Origin: an uncultured Thermodesulfobacteriota bacterium
Lineage (GTDB): Bacteria; Desulfobacterota; Anaeroferrophillalia; Anaeroferrophillales; Anaeroferrophillaceae
DNA: 64,000 bases
Direction: 5' to 3'
Assembly: GCA_964478545.1 (NCBI GenBank)
Contig: CAYZIS010000001.1
Span: forward strand, 7,943-71,942
The translations under genes and the position numbers were made by a program. The stretch's first letter is position 1. Each line of letters starts with the position of its first letter. Below, piece by piece: positions 7,746 to 16,814 of this stretch. The notes beneath the pieces are model-generated. The model was not told where the DNA came from. It was given only the letters and a program-made list of their open reading frames with translations, and did not search any database.

Positions 7746-9377
7746 CTAAACATCCTCCTTCATCTCAATTACCGCCCGGGGACAAGAGGCGGCACATAAA
7801 CCACATCCCTTACAGTGATCTTCATCAATGATAACGCTGGTCCCAAAATCTCCCTCAACCAAAGAGATGGCCAGATCAGGACAGAAAAACCAGCAAATTC
7901 CACATCCGGTACAAATACCACAATTAAAACATCTCCCGGCCTCGGCAAAAGCCTCTTCATCATTAAGGGAATGCACCACCTCCGCAAATGAGTGCTGGCG
8001 GCTTGTCGGGTTTTCTTCCACCAGAGAAATGGCTTTCTGCGATTGACAATAATCCAGGTGAAGATCGGCAAAGCTGACAATCCGGACTTCTGCTTCCCCA
8101 GCAGGGAGCTCACCTTCCCAGTCATCTTCCAATGCCAGCCCACAACGGGATAAAATAGTTTTTGCCGCCGCTTTGCCGGAGGCCATTGCCTCCACCACCG
8201 TTGCCGGACCACTGACCAGATCTCCTCCCAGCAGCAAACGCTCATGGTTTAACGCCAAATCGTCCCCTGCCTGCTGGCCAATAGCCACCACCAGACCGTC
8301 GACTTTCAGCTGATCAATAACTTCTCCGGCTTTAATTCCGGAACCATCATCGGGAATCACCTGGCTCAAGATCAGCTGCAACTGTCCATCTTCAGCAACT
8401 ACTCCAGTCACCAGTTGCTGCTGACACAACAAAACTCCTTCCTCCAGCGCCTGTTTTTTCTCATCGCTGTAAGCGGGCATTTCCGCAAAAGTCCGGCGAT
8501 AAATGATCTGCACCTCTTTTCCCAGGCGGCGCAGGGAGCGGGCCACATCCACCGCCACATTACCGCCACCGATGACCCCAAAGGATGATCCCGCCGGAAC
8601 CCCGCCGGTGGCAATATCATGCAACAGCTCCAATCCGGGATAGATCCCTGGTTGTGGCAAAAAATCACCGGGCATCAACGACTGCCCCAACCCCGGAGCC
8701 CGGAAAACATAATCGTATTCCTCCAGTATTTTTTCCAGTTGTTCCAGTTGTATCTCCCGATTACAGCAGAGCTCAATAGGTAATGAATTAACCAGATTAT
8801 CAATTTCCCGGTTCAATATCTCCCGGGGCAAACGGTAAGCGGGAATCCCATAGCGCAGCAATCCCCCGGGGGCAGTCTCTTTTTCATAGATCGTCACCCT
8901 GATTCCCTGACGAGCCAGAAAGGCGGCGCAGGCCAGCCCGGCAGGCCCGCTGCCGATCACCGCCACCCTTTCCGGGCGCAATGCCGGAGGTGCCGGAAAA
9001 GGAATATCGAGACCATAATCACCCAGGAAGCGTTCAACAAAACCGATCTGCACTGCTTGATCGAAATCCTGGCGATTGCAATTTTGCTGGCAGAAATTCG
9101 GACAGACCCGACCGCACACCGCCGGCAACGGATTGAATCTTCGCAGGCGGGCCAATGCCGCCGCCACATCCCGCCGGGACAACTCCCACATATAGCTGGC
9201 AATATCAATATAAAGCGGGCAGGCTACCTGGCAGGGAGCAGTTTTCTCCACCAGTTGGGGACGAAAAAACTTCCAGCTGCCGGTAAGATTTATTTCTGTC
9301 GTGGTGGTGGAAACGGGGAAATCCCACAGGCCGTCCGGCAACTTTTTCCCTTTTATATCAAGAATTTGCATGGGCAT
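7746..9377 (-). CDS. fusion protein: GltD-like NAD(P)H-binding flavoprotein ([4Fe-4S] N-terminus + FAD/NAD(P) Rossmann domains) + C-terminal 2x[4Fe-4S] PorD-like ferredoxin
   Basis: N-terminal Cys motifs 'CQVACPLYIDI...CGRVCPNFC'. Dinucleotide motif 'VAVIGSGPAGLACAAFLARQG...YEKETAPGG'. Second Rossmann 'VIGGGNVAVDVAR'. C-terminal 'CFNCGICTGCGICWFFCP...CKGCGLCAASCP'. The six-frame ORF starts at 9452, but the Met at 9377 or 9371 behind a GGAGG is more plausible because it just overlaps the porG stop. Confidence 0.75.
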   Translation of the reverse strand: MPMQILDIKGKKLPDGLWDFPVSTTTTEINLTGSWKFFRPQLVEKTAPCQVACPLYIDIASYMWELSRRDVAAALARLRRFNPLPAVCGRVCPNFCQQNCNRQDFDQAVQIGFVERFLGDYGLDIPFPAPPALRPERVAVIGSGPAGLACAAFLARQGIRVTIYEKETAPGGLLRYGIPAYRLPREILNREIDNLVNSLPIELCCNREIQLEQLEKILEEYDYVFRAPGLGQSLMPGDFLPQPGIYPGLELLHDIATGGVPAGSSFGVIGGGNVAVDVARSLRRLGKEVQIIYRRTFAEMPAYSDEKKQALEEGVLLCQQQLVTGVVAEDGQLQLILSQVIPDDGSGIKAGEVIDQLKVDGLVVAIGQQAGDDLALNHERLLLGGDLVSGPATVVEAMASGKAAAKTILSRCGLALEDDWEGELPAGEAEVRIVSFADLHLDYCQSQKAISLVEENPTSRQHSFAEVVHSLNDEEAFAEAGRCFNCGICTGCGICWFFCPDLAISLVEGDFGTSVIIDEDHCKGCGLCAASCPRAVIEMKEDV

Positions 9378-9948
9378 AACCTCCATCAACCACAGCAAGC
9401 CGGTATGCTTCTTCCATGGCCTGTCGGTTTTCATCATGTTTAACCGGCACAAAGCGAGGAAGTGCTTCTCTTAAAGTATCCAGGGATACCAAGCCACTAA
9501 CCTTGGCAAAAGCTCCCAGAATCGGGGCATTAACCAGAGGCATGGTCGGGCTCCCCAGGTGGTATCGCAGGGCAACTTCATTCGCATTCACCGTCGCTAT
9601 CCGACAATTTTTGGCCAGCTCCTGGTAAAATGAAGCGGGATGCTCAGTGTTAATCAGAATCAGGCCCCCATCTTTAATGCCGGCATCTACCGCTACCGTT
9701 TCTGCAAGCCGGGCCGCCATCACAATCACATAATCAGGATTCACCACCTGGCTGCGCAGATTGATGAAATGATCGTCCATGCGGACAAAGGCCGCCACCA
9801 GTGCACCCCGACGCTCAGCCCCAAAAGTTGGAAACGACTGGGCAAACTTCCCTTCAAGAAAAAAAGCGTAAGAAAGAACCCTGGAAGCGATGACCGCCCC
9901 TTGTCCTCCGCGCCCGTGAAAGCGTATTTCAAGCATATTCTCCCTCAT
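9358..9948 (-). CDS. porG: 2-oxoacid:ferredoxin oxidoreductase gamma subunit, locus 1
   Basis: 'MLEIRFHGRGGQGAVIASRVL...FPTFGAERRGA'. GGGAGA RBS precedes the start. Confidence 0.85.
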   Translation of the reverse strand: MRENMLEIRFHGRGGQGAVIASRVLSYAFFLEGKFAQSFPTFGAERRGALVAAFVRMDDHFINLRSQVVNPDYVIVMAARLAETVAVDAGIKDGGLILINTEHPASFYQELAKNCRIATVNANEVALRYHLGSPTMPLVNAPILGAFAKVSGLVSLDTLREALPRFVPVKHDENRQAMEEAYRLAVVDGGYAHANS

Positions 9949-9960
9949 TTTATCACCAAT

Positions 9961-10050
9961 TATTTACAATTTTAGCGGCATGAGTCCTTGAAAAACAGGC
10001 AATCGAGCATCAAAAATGCTGTAATCAGTTCTAGTTCAAAAAATGCAGGA
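9961..10050 (+). repeat. Family-4 conserved ~95-bp element, copy A, forming the 5' leader of porG on the minus strand
   Basis: Aligns over ~90 bp with 46350-46470. Hairpin AGCAT-TTTTG-ATGCT shows compensatory change to AGCGC-TTTTT-GGCGCT in copy B. Confidence 0.5.
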
Positions 10051-10265
10051 TACCTAACCAGATATCAATGATTATTTTTCACAAAAGCATCATGCTTACA
10101 GTGAAAAATAATGCAGAAAAAACAAAATATCAAGGAAAAAGTCCAAAAATCACTAAGAAAAAAACCTTGAAAAAAACGCCATTTTATGAGATAGCCAGCT
10201 TTGTACGAAAAGGCAGGAGAAATATTTTCCCTCATCGATATCTAATTTTTTCAAGGAGATTCGTA

Positions 10266-11570
10266 ATGAAAAAAGGCCTTCTGGTTATTATGTTCTTTGC
10301 TCTGTTGGCCGCTTCCGGCTGCAACTCGCACATACCCTTCTTTGGCGATAAAAAAGTGGAGCAGGACGAACCGGTGGTTCAGGAAACCACCCAGAATGCC
10401 GTCGAACAACCACAATACAGTGGTGCGGCACCGGCAAACCAGCAGCAGTCATGGCAGGGACAGACTGGACAGCAGCCTTATTATGGCAACACCCAGGGCA
10501 GCCAGCAGGCACCCTATAACGCCTATAATTACGGCGTTCCGGCTGCTTCACCCAGCCCGGGATACCAGAACCCCTATGGTGGAGCGACAGCACCGGCCCA
10601 ACCATACCAGCAACAACCGGGAATATACGGGAAGCAGGCGCCGGCTTACGGCAACCAGGCGCCGATAGCCGGCAACTATGGCCAAGCACCAGCAAGCAGC
10701 TATGGCAGTTATGGTGCCGCTCCTGCCTATACTCCAGCTCCCATGCCCGGCCAGTACCATGCTCCAACCGCCACCTCGGGGATCTATGGCAACCAGCAGA
10801 ACGCAGCCCTTTCCCCGACCCCAGGATTCATCAGCACCACCAGGATGGGAGATTCCTTCGCTTTTCAGGGCATCAAACGAAAAATTGTCTTTATTATTCA
10901 TTACCCCCAGCGAGGCCTGACCACTACTCCTCTCGATCAGTTCAGCCAAAAGATCTATGGCCAACTGGCGGCGGCCCCTGGAATTCTCTTACTGCCGAAA
11001 GAGGCAGTCAGCACCTATGTCAGCAACCACCAACTGTTCATTGACTCCCTGGAAACCAGGACCAAGCTGGCAAAACTGGGGCGGGAAATGGGTGCCCATG
11101 TGGTTATTCTGGAAAAAGTCAAGTTCCTGTCCCCACCACAACCGGGGGGTGAAGGCAACTATCAGCTGAACCTGGAAGCAATTGATGTATCCTCGGGTTA
11201 TCCTCTCAAAACCTATGCTATCCAAGGCAATAGTTACCAGGCAACCCCATCAGTAGATCAGGTTATCTCGGACCTGTCTGGAAATTTGAAAATGATCGAC
11301 TGGTATTCACGGTTGATCAAAGTTGACAAGGGACGGATTTTTGTCAATGCCGGACGCCTCAGCGGCTTGCAGATAGGCCAGAAATTACGGGTTTATGCCA
11401 AGGGCTCGGACGTTGTTGACCCGGCCACCAAGATGTCTTTGGGCAAAGCCCAGGGAGTAATGAAAGGAATTGTTAAGGTTGCCGACTTTTTTGGCATGGA
11501 CGGAGCAATTTGCGAAATCGTTTCCGGTAAAGGTTTTGCCGTTGCTGACATGATAAAAGCAGTGGAATAG
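10266..11570 (+). CDS. hypothetical lipoprotein with a long Gln/Tyr/Pro/Gly-rich low-complexity linker and a C-terminal globular domain
   Basis: AGGAGA RBS. Signal 'MKKGLLVIMFFALLAASGC'. About 150 aa of 'QQPYYGNTQGSQQAPYNAYNYG...' low complexity. C-terminal 'DFFGMDGAICEI' motif shared with the next gene. Confidence 0.6.
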   Translation: MKKGLLVIMFFALLAASGCNSHIPFFGDKKVEQDEPVVQETTQNAVEQPQYSGAAPANQQQSWQGQTGQQPYYGNTQGSQQAPYNAYNYGVPAASPSPGYQNPYGGATAPAQPYQQQPGIYGKQAPAYGNQAPIAGNYGQAPASSYGSYGAAPAYTPAPMPGQYHAPTATSGIYGNQQNAALSPTPGFISTTRMGDSFAFQGIKRKIVFIIHYPQRGLTTTPLDQFSQKIYGQLAAAPGILLLPKEAVSTYVSNHQLFIDSLETRTKLAKLGREMGAHVVILEKVKFLSPPQPGGEGNYQLNLEAIDVSSGYPLKTYAIQGNSYQATPSVDQVISDLSGNLKMIDWYSRLIKVDKGRIFVNAGRLSGLQIGQKLRVYAKGSDVVDPATKMSLGKAQGVMKGIVKVADFFGMDGAICEIVSGKGFAVADMIKAVE

Positions 11571-11616
11571 CCACCCATACACGGTAACAATTCTGTAAAT
11601 TGATTGATTGGATTCC

Positions 11617-11657
11617 AAGACAGAGCATCATCATCACGATGCTCTGTCTTCGTTATT
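11617..11657 (+). terminator. rho-independent terminator (AAGACAGAGCATC-loop-GATGCTCTGTCTT followed by CGTTATT)
   Basis: Perfect 13-bp stem seen directly in the sequence. Confidence 0.7.
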
Positions 11658-11776
11658 AAGTTAAGATTCAAAGGAAATATCTCAGCCCGAAGGACACAGA
11701 AATCACGAAGTTTTCATTAAAAAGGCTTCTTCTCGTAACAATGACACTTTCAATGTATTTTGCAAAAGACAAAAAT

Positions 11777-12916
11777 ATGAACGATCAGCATACATTTTTT
11801 ACCGTTGGCCACATCATCAGAATCCTGCTGCTTTTCTGCCTGCTTTTAGCCCTGAATGCCTGCTACCAGCTGCCGTTTCTCCCTCATCGGGAAATTGATA
11901 CCTTTCAGCCGGTGGCGCCGAAAGTGACAGACACCATGGAAGTCCGTGGAGTAACCTACGTCCGAGTCATTAAACCCGGAAGTGAAAAAAATCTGGATCA
12001 ACCTGCAACCATCTGGATTCCTCTGGATGTTTTCCGCAAAGGTGATTACCAACCTTACCAAAGTCCGATGGTAAAAAAGTCCCTACCGGCAATAAAGACG
12101 GCTGCCAGTTCTATACCGCCGGCAGCGACCAAAAACCTGGTGGCAGCCGGAACGCCGCTGCCAGGAACAAAAGAACTGGCAGAAGAGCAACTGGTTGAGG
12201 CGACAAAAACAACAACGACCCTGCCCCTGCGGCGACGGGGAATCTGTTTCCCCAGCCGGGCAACTATCCGTTATCCGCAGATTACCAGCCAATTGATCAT
12301 CGAGCTAGAGCAGCAATTACCCCTGACCATGCTTCCGGTTGACTATATTCCACTCCGGGATGACAGCTGGCAAACCAGTGACACCAATGAATTAATCGCC
12401 CAAAGCAAAGGCTGGCTCAAAAGCGTATCGAAGCTGCCACCGGCCCAACTGATTTTTCTGCTGACCCAGGAAATATCATCCTTCTATCCCTGTTTCCTGG
12501 TAACAATTCTGGATGCCCAGTCGGCCAAACCGGTTGCCTCTTTTACCTTTGTCATCACACCTGGTACCGGCAGACCCACAAACCTGGTACCACCACAACC
12601 TCAGCCATTGATTCAGCTGGTGCTGACCTCCCCCTGGTGGTGCAGCGCCACCCCGGGAAATAACAAAAAAACCGTCTTTCTGGCTGCCGGGCAGAAAAGT
12701 CGGGTCACGGAGGGCTTACATCTGCAACTCTGCCAACCGGCGGAAAAGATTTCTGATCCTAAAGACGGATCATTACTGGGCTTTGCCATTGGACAACCTT
12801 TTGCGGAAGCCGTTGTCACTGACTTTTTCGGCCAGGACGGCGCCATTGCTTCCTTGCGATCACGCACAGATATCCCGGTCACTGGCTGTCTGGCAGTCCC
12901 ATACCCGGAACAGTAA
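11777..12916 (+). CDS. hypothetical lipoprotein, paralogous C-terminal domain to 10266-11570
   Basis: Signal 'IIRILLLFCLLLALNAC'. C-terminal 'DFFGQDGAIASLRS' parallels the upstream gene. Confidence 0.55.
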   Translation: MNDQHTFFTVGHIIRILLLFCLLLALNACYQLPFLPHREIDTFQPVAPKVTDTMEVRGVTYVRVIKPGSEKNLDQPATIWIPLDVFRKGDYQPYQSPMVKKSLPAIKTAASSIPPAATKNLVAAGTPLPGTKELAEEQLVEATKTTTTLPLRRRGICFPSRATIRYPQITSQLIIELEQQLPLTMLPVDYIPLRDDSWQTSDTNELIAQSKGWLKSVSKLPPAQLIFLLTQEISSFYPCFLVTILDAQSAKPVASFTFVITPGTGRPTNLVPPQPQPLIQLVLTSPWWCSATPGNNKKTVFLAAGQKSRVTEGLHLQLCQPAEKISDPKDGSLLGFAIGQPFAEAVVTDFFGQDGAIASLRSRTDIPVTGCLAVPYPEQ

Positions 12917-13268
12917 AACCTAAGCTAAGCAATTAGCTGTTAGCTATCAGCGTTTAGCTTTAAAAAATCAAGGCATTACGTTTATTAGCAACTCAACGTT
13001 CTGACTTATTTTAAAAACAGCTAAAAAAAATTCCAGGAATGTTCCGGCATGGCTCTCACTCATTCTCGCCGGCTATCCATGGCCGGCTTCCGAGGCGTCC
13101 GCCGTCAATCACCATCCAGGTGATTCGTTCGGCGGCCAAAACCGGCAGGCTGGGTAGACACGGCTATGAGCCAAGCCCAAACATCCTGTAAGGTCCCTGG
13201 CAATACAAGCCAGAAAGTTAAGATTAAACTAATAGCTAACGACTAACTGCTTGATTCAGGAGGAAAAC
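12917..13268 (-). repeat. Family-1 composite repeat, long-form core in reverse orientation. Core 13034-13178, heptad arms 12917-12975 and 13205-13250.
   Basis: The reverse complement of the core aligns with 42193-42326, including the internal GAATCACC/GGTGATTC hairpin and the GCCGGCC-ATGGA-GGCCGGC hairpin. Fills the whole gap up to the ilvD RBS. Confidence 0.8.
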
Positions 13269-14927
13269 ATGCGTTCCGACATAATGAAAAAAGGGGTTGA
13301 GCGGGCTCCCCATCGCTCCTTGTTCAAAGCCATGGGCTACACTGATAAAGAGTTACAACGGCCGATTATCGGCATAGCCAATGCCGCCAATGAACTGATT
13401 CCCGGCCATATTCACCTGGACCGCATTGCTGAAGCAGTCAAAGCAGGCATCAGGATGGCAGGCGGCACACCAATGGAGTTTCCCACCATCGGCGTCTGTG
13501 ACGGCATTGCCATGGGGCATGTGGGAATGAAATATTCACTCGGATCACGGGAATTAATCGCCGATTCTGTGGAAGTTATGGCCACGGCCTACCCCTTTGA
13601 CGGCCTGGTTTTAATTCCCAACTGCGATAAAATTGTTCCCGGAATGATTATGGCCGCTGCCAGGCTGAATATTCCCGCTATCGTGGTCAGCGGCGGCGCC
13701 ATGATGGCCGGCCAATGTGGCGGAAAAACTGTCGATCTGATCACGGTTTTTGAAGGAATGGGAAAATTGAAGGTCGGTAAAATTACCGCTGAGGAATTGC
13801 ATGAGCTGGAAGATACCGCCTGCCCTGGGGCAGGTTCCTGCAGTGGCATGTTCACCGCCAATTCCATGAATTGCCTTACCGAAGCATTGGGTATCGCCCT
13901 GCCTGGCAATGGAACCATCCTGGCCATCGACGCCGCCCGCATCCGGCTGGCCAAAGAATCGGGACAGCAGATCATGTCCCTGATTGAACAGGGAATAACT
14001 TTCCGCCAGATACTGACCCCTGAAGCATTTCATAATGCGGTTACCGTTGATATGGCCTTTGGTGGCTCCACCAACACTTCACTCCATTTGCCGGCCATCG
14101 CCCATGAAGCCGGGGTGTCGCTGCCGCTCTCAACTTTCAATGAAATCAGTGAAAAGACACCACATATCTGTAATATGTCCCCCGGTGGCCCCCACCATAT
14201 TCAGGATCTGCACCGGGCCGGCGGCATTCAGGCAATCATGAAACTGCTTGCCAACGCCAGCCTGCTGCATACCGAGTGCTTAACAGTGAGCGGAAAAATC
14301 ATCGCAGACAACCTGCAAACAGCCGGGGTTCATGATCCTGAAGTTATTCGCCCCCTGAACCATCCCTATCATCCAACCGGAGGACTGGCGATATTGCAGG
14401 GAAATCTGGCGGCAGACGGCGCGGTGGTCAAGCAATCGGCTGTCGCCCCGGAAATGCTTGTTCATGAAGGCCCTGCCCGGGTGTTCAATGCCGAAGAAGA
14501 TGCTTTTGACGCCATTATGAACCACCAAGTAGAACCGGGTGACGTCCTGGTTATCCGTTACGAGGGACCCAAGGGCGGTCCGGGAATGCGGGAAATGCTT
14601 TCTCCCACTTCGGCTATCGCCGGTATAGGGCTGGATAAAGAAGTGGCCCTGCTCACGGATGGCCGCTTTTCCGGCGGCACCCGCGGGGCAGCCATCGGTC
14701 ATATTTCTCCGGAGGCGGCGGCTGGTGGGCTGATCGGCCTGGTTGAAGAGGGCGATATCATCGCCATTGATATTCCCGGAAAAACCCTGACTCTGAAAGT
14801 GGCCGATGATGTATTGGCCCAGCGCCGGGAAAACTGGCAGCCACTGCCGGCCAAGATCACCACCGGCTACATGGCCCGTTATGCCAGGCTGGTAACTTCC
14901 GCCAATACCGGAGCTGTCTTTAAATAA
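13269..14927 (+). CDS. ilvD: dihydroxy-acid dehydratase
   Basis: '[20 protein letters not shown]', 'CDGIAMGH', 'CDKIVPGM'. Start at ATG 13269 behind CAGGAGG. Confidence 0.92.
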   Translation: MRSDIMKKGVERAPHRSLFKAMGYTDKELQRPIIGIANAANELIPGHIHLDRIAEAVKAGIRMAGGTPMEFPTIGVCDGIAMGHVGMKYSLGSRELIADSVEVMATAYPFDGLVLIPNCDKIVPGMIMAAARLNIPAIVVSGGAMMAGQCGGKTVDLITVFEGMGKLKVGKITAEELHELEDTACPGAGSCSGMFTANSMNCLTEALGIALPGNGTILAIDAARIRLAKESGQQIMSLIEQGITFRQILTPEAFHNAVTVDMAFGGSTNTSLHLPAIAHEAGVSLPLSTFNEISEKTPHICNMSPGGPHHIQDLHRAGGIQAIMKLLANASLLHTECLTVSGKIIADNLQTAGVHDPEVIRPLNHPYHPTGGLAILQGNLAADGAVVKQSAVAPEMLVHEGPARVFNAEEDAFDAIMNHQVEPGDVLVIRYEGPKGGPGMREMLSPTSAIAGIGLDKEVALLTDGRFSGGTRGAAIGHISPEAAAGGLIGLVEEGDIIAIDIPGKTLTLKVADDVLAQRRENWQPLPAKITTGYMARYARLVTSANTGAVFK

Positions 14928-14999
14928 CGGTGCAGGGGGCATTACCAGGGAATAAGTTTTTTAAGTTTTATAATCTCACAAAAAGTTGCGAAACTGATG

Positions 15000-15110
15000 G
15001 CACAGTAAAAGCTTCATATTCGAGGCAGGCAAAACCTGAGTCGTGATGCGTACTTATAGTACGTTGTAATGGCGAAGGTTGCAGCCTAACGAAGAAGATG
15101 GAGCTTTTTA
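15000..15110 (+). repeat. Family-3 conserved ~110-bp element, copy 1 (TGGCACAGTAAAAGCTTCATATTCGAGGCAGGCAAAACCTGAG...GAAGGTTGCAGCCTAACGAAGAAGATGGAGC)
   Basis: Other copies at 17995-18110 (+) and 25440-25560 (-). Conserved GG-N10-GC at the 5' end. Internal hairpin GCGTACT-TAT-AGTACGT. Confidence 0.7.
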
Positions 15111-15132
15111 CAAAGCCAGAAACCGTAAAATC

Positions 15133-16008
15133 ATGCGAACCTATCTCGACTGCTATCCTTGTTTCCTGCGCCAGGCACTGGCCGCTTTACGCCTGATAAC
15201 CGATCAGGAAGCAGAGCAAAAGCGGGTGCTTGACTTGGTCATGCAAACCCTGCCCACCCTGCCGCTGGAATATTCTCCCCCACGGATTGCCAGGACCGTC
15301 TATAGTATCATCGCCCGGGAAACCGGGGTTGAAAATCCCTATCGGGAAATCAAAATCGCCTCTAACCGGCAGGCATTGGCTGTCCTGCCGGAACTAACAA
15401 GAATTATTGAACGAAAACCAAACCGCCTACGGGCTGCAGCATCCCTGGCAATTTCCGGCAACCTCATAGATTTTGGTGTCCAGCACGAAGGATTTAAAGT
15501 CAGCGAAGGCTTGAATGGCCAATTTCCAGATCATTTTGATTTTGATGATTTTTCCACTTTTGAACAGCAGCTACCGGAAACCAAAAAACTGCTGTACATC
15601 GGAGATAACGCCGGAGAAATTGTCGCCGATAAAATTTTTATTTCGCAAATGAAGGTCGCCTATCCCCAGCTGGAAGTGGGATTTGCCGTCCGCGGCGCAC
15701 CCATCATCAATGATGTGACCATAGTTGATGCCAAACAGGTAGGCATGACCGAAGTGGCCAGAGTTATCAACAGCGGCAGCCGGGCACCGGCACTGCTGGA
15801 AGATGAGATGAGTCCGGAGATGGCTGACTGGTTTCTTCATGCCACGATGATTATCGCCAAAGGCCAGGGCAATTATGAATCACTGAGTCAGAGCGAGCTG
15901 CCCATATTTTTTCTGCTCCAATGTAAATGCCCGGTAGTTGCCGATGACTTGAAAACCCCGGTTGGCAGCACGATCTTCAAATACCATCATGGCTGCCAGG
16001 CAGAGTGA
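15133..16008 (+). CDS. DUF89/ARMT1-like damage-control phosphatase family protein
   Basis: 'LLYIGDNAGEIVADKIF' (DNAGE metal-binding motif). Confidence 0.7.
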   Translation: MRTYLDCYPCFLRQALAALRLITDQEAEQKRVLDLVMQTLPTLPLEYSPPRIARTVYSIIARETGVENPYREIKIASNRQALAVLPELTRIIERKPNRLRAAASLAISGNLIDFGVQHEGFKVSEGLNGQFPDHFDFDDFSTFEQQLPETKKLLYIGDNAGEIVADKIFISQMKVAYPQLEVGFAVRGAPIINDVTIVDAKQVGMTEVARVINSGSRAPALLEDEMSPEMADWFLHATMIIAKGQGNYESLSQSELPIFFLLQCKCPVVADDLKTPVGSTIFKYHHGCQAE

Positions 16009-16029
16009 TCATTTTCCTTCTATTTCACC

Positions 16030-16425
16030 ATGAAGATCATGAAGGACATGAAGAAGCGATTCAGCAAACATTCGAATCACATCATTGGATGTGCCATAGA
16101 AGTTCACCGTAATTTAGGTCCTGGGTTGTTGGAATCAATCTATGAACAATGCCTGGCCCAGGAATTCTGGTTAACTGGGATTAATTTTAAGAGACAGGAA
16201 GCTTTACCCATTGAATATAAAGGAATTTACCTGGATTGTGGTTATAGAATTGATTTATTAGTAGAAGATGAAATCATTATAGAAATTAAAAGCGTTAACG
16301 AAATTATCGGCATCCATGAAGCACAAATACTTACTTATATGAAATTAGCCAAAATCAAATATGGACTTCTGATAAATTTCAATGTTACATTGCTAAAAGA
16401 CGGTTTGAAAAGTTTCATTCTTTGA
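16030..16425 (+). CDS. GxxExxY family protein (PD-(D/E)XK-like), flanked by inverted repeats
   Basis: 'GPGLLESIYEQCL', 'YRIDLLVEDEIIIEIKSV', 'HEAQILTYMKLAKIKYGLLINFN'. Flanks 16028-16056 and 16427-16456 are imperfect inverted repeats. Confidence 0.75.
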   Translation: MKIMKDMKKRFSKHSNHIIGCAIEVHRNLGPGLLESIYEQCLAQEFWLTGINFKRQEALPIEYKGIYLDCGYRIDLLVEDEIIIEIKSVNEIIGIHEAQILTYMKLAKIKYGLLINFNVTLLKDGLKSFIL

Positions 16426-16476
16426 TTCTTCATGCTCTTCAAGTCCTTCATGGTAGAAAAAAAAGGAGGATAAATT

Positions 16477-16812
16477 ATGTCTGACTGCCTGTTCTGCAAA
16501 ATTATTGCACGGGAAATCCCGACCGACATCATTTATGAAAATGACCAGGTCCTGGCCTTCAGGGACATCAACCCCAAGGCTCCGGTACATCTTCTGATCG
16601 TACCAAAAAAACATTATGACACCTTGAATGATATTCCCGATAATGAAATGGAAATCATTGCTGAAGTCCACCGGACGGTTAAACATCTGGCCCTTGAATA
16701 TGGAGTAGCTGAGAGCGGCTACCGGACCCTGGTCAATACCAACAAGGAAGGCGGCCAGGTGGTTTTCCATGTTCATTATCACCTGATTGGTGGCCGGCAG
16801 TTGCCAGTATAG
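16477..16812 (+). CDS. HIT family (histidine triad) protein
   Basis: 'HVHYHLIGG' histidine triad. AAGGAGG RBS. Confidence 0.85.
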   Translation: MSDCLFCKIIAREIPTDIIYENDQVLAFRDINPKAPVHLLIVPKKHYDTLNDIPDNEMEIIAEVHRTVKHLALEYGVAESGYRTLVNTNKEGGQVVFHVHYHLIGGRQLPV

Positions 16813-16814
16813 AC

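Noticed and set aside
9377-9452. Start of the GltD-PorD fusion at 9452, giving a 95-nt overlap with porG
   Set aside because: A Met at 9377 or 9371 sits 5 to 11 nt behind a GGAGG and just overlaps the porG stop, which is a more plausible translational-coupling arrangement.
10068-10265. N-terminal 66 aa of the 500-aa six-frame ORF
   Set aside because: The Lys-rich low-complexity translation of an AT-rich promoter region is not credible. The real start is the Met at 10266, behind an AGGAGA RBS and a lipoprotein signal peptide.
14990-15010. Family-3 5' end as a canonical sigma-54 promoter
   Set aside because: Not claimed as a confident promoter. The -12 region reads AAGCT rather than TTGCA. 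Only the GG-N10-GC spacing and TGGCAC are conserved. It is kept as a hypothesis within the Family-3 finding.
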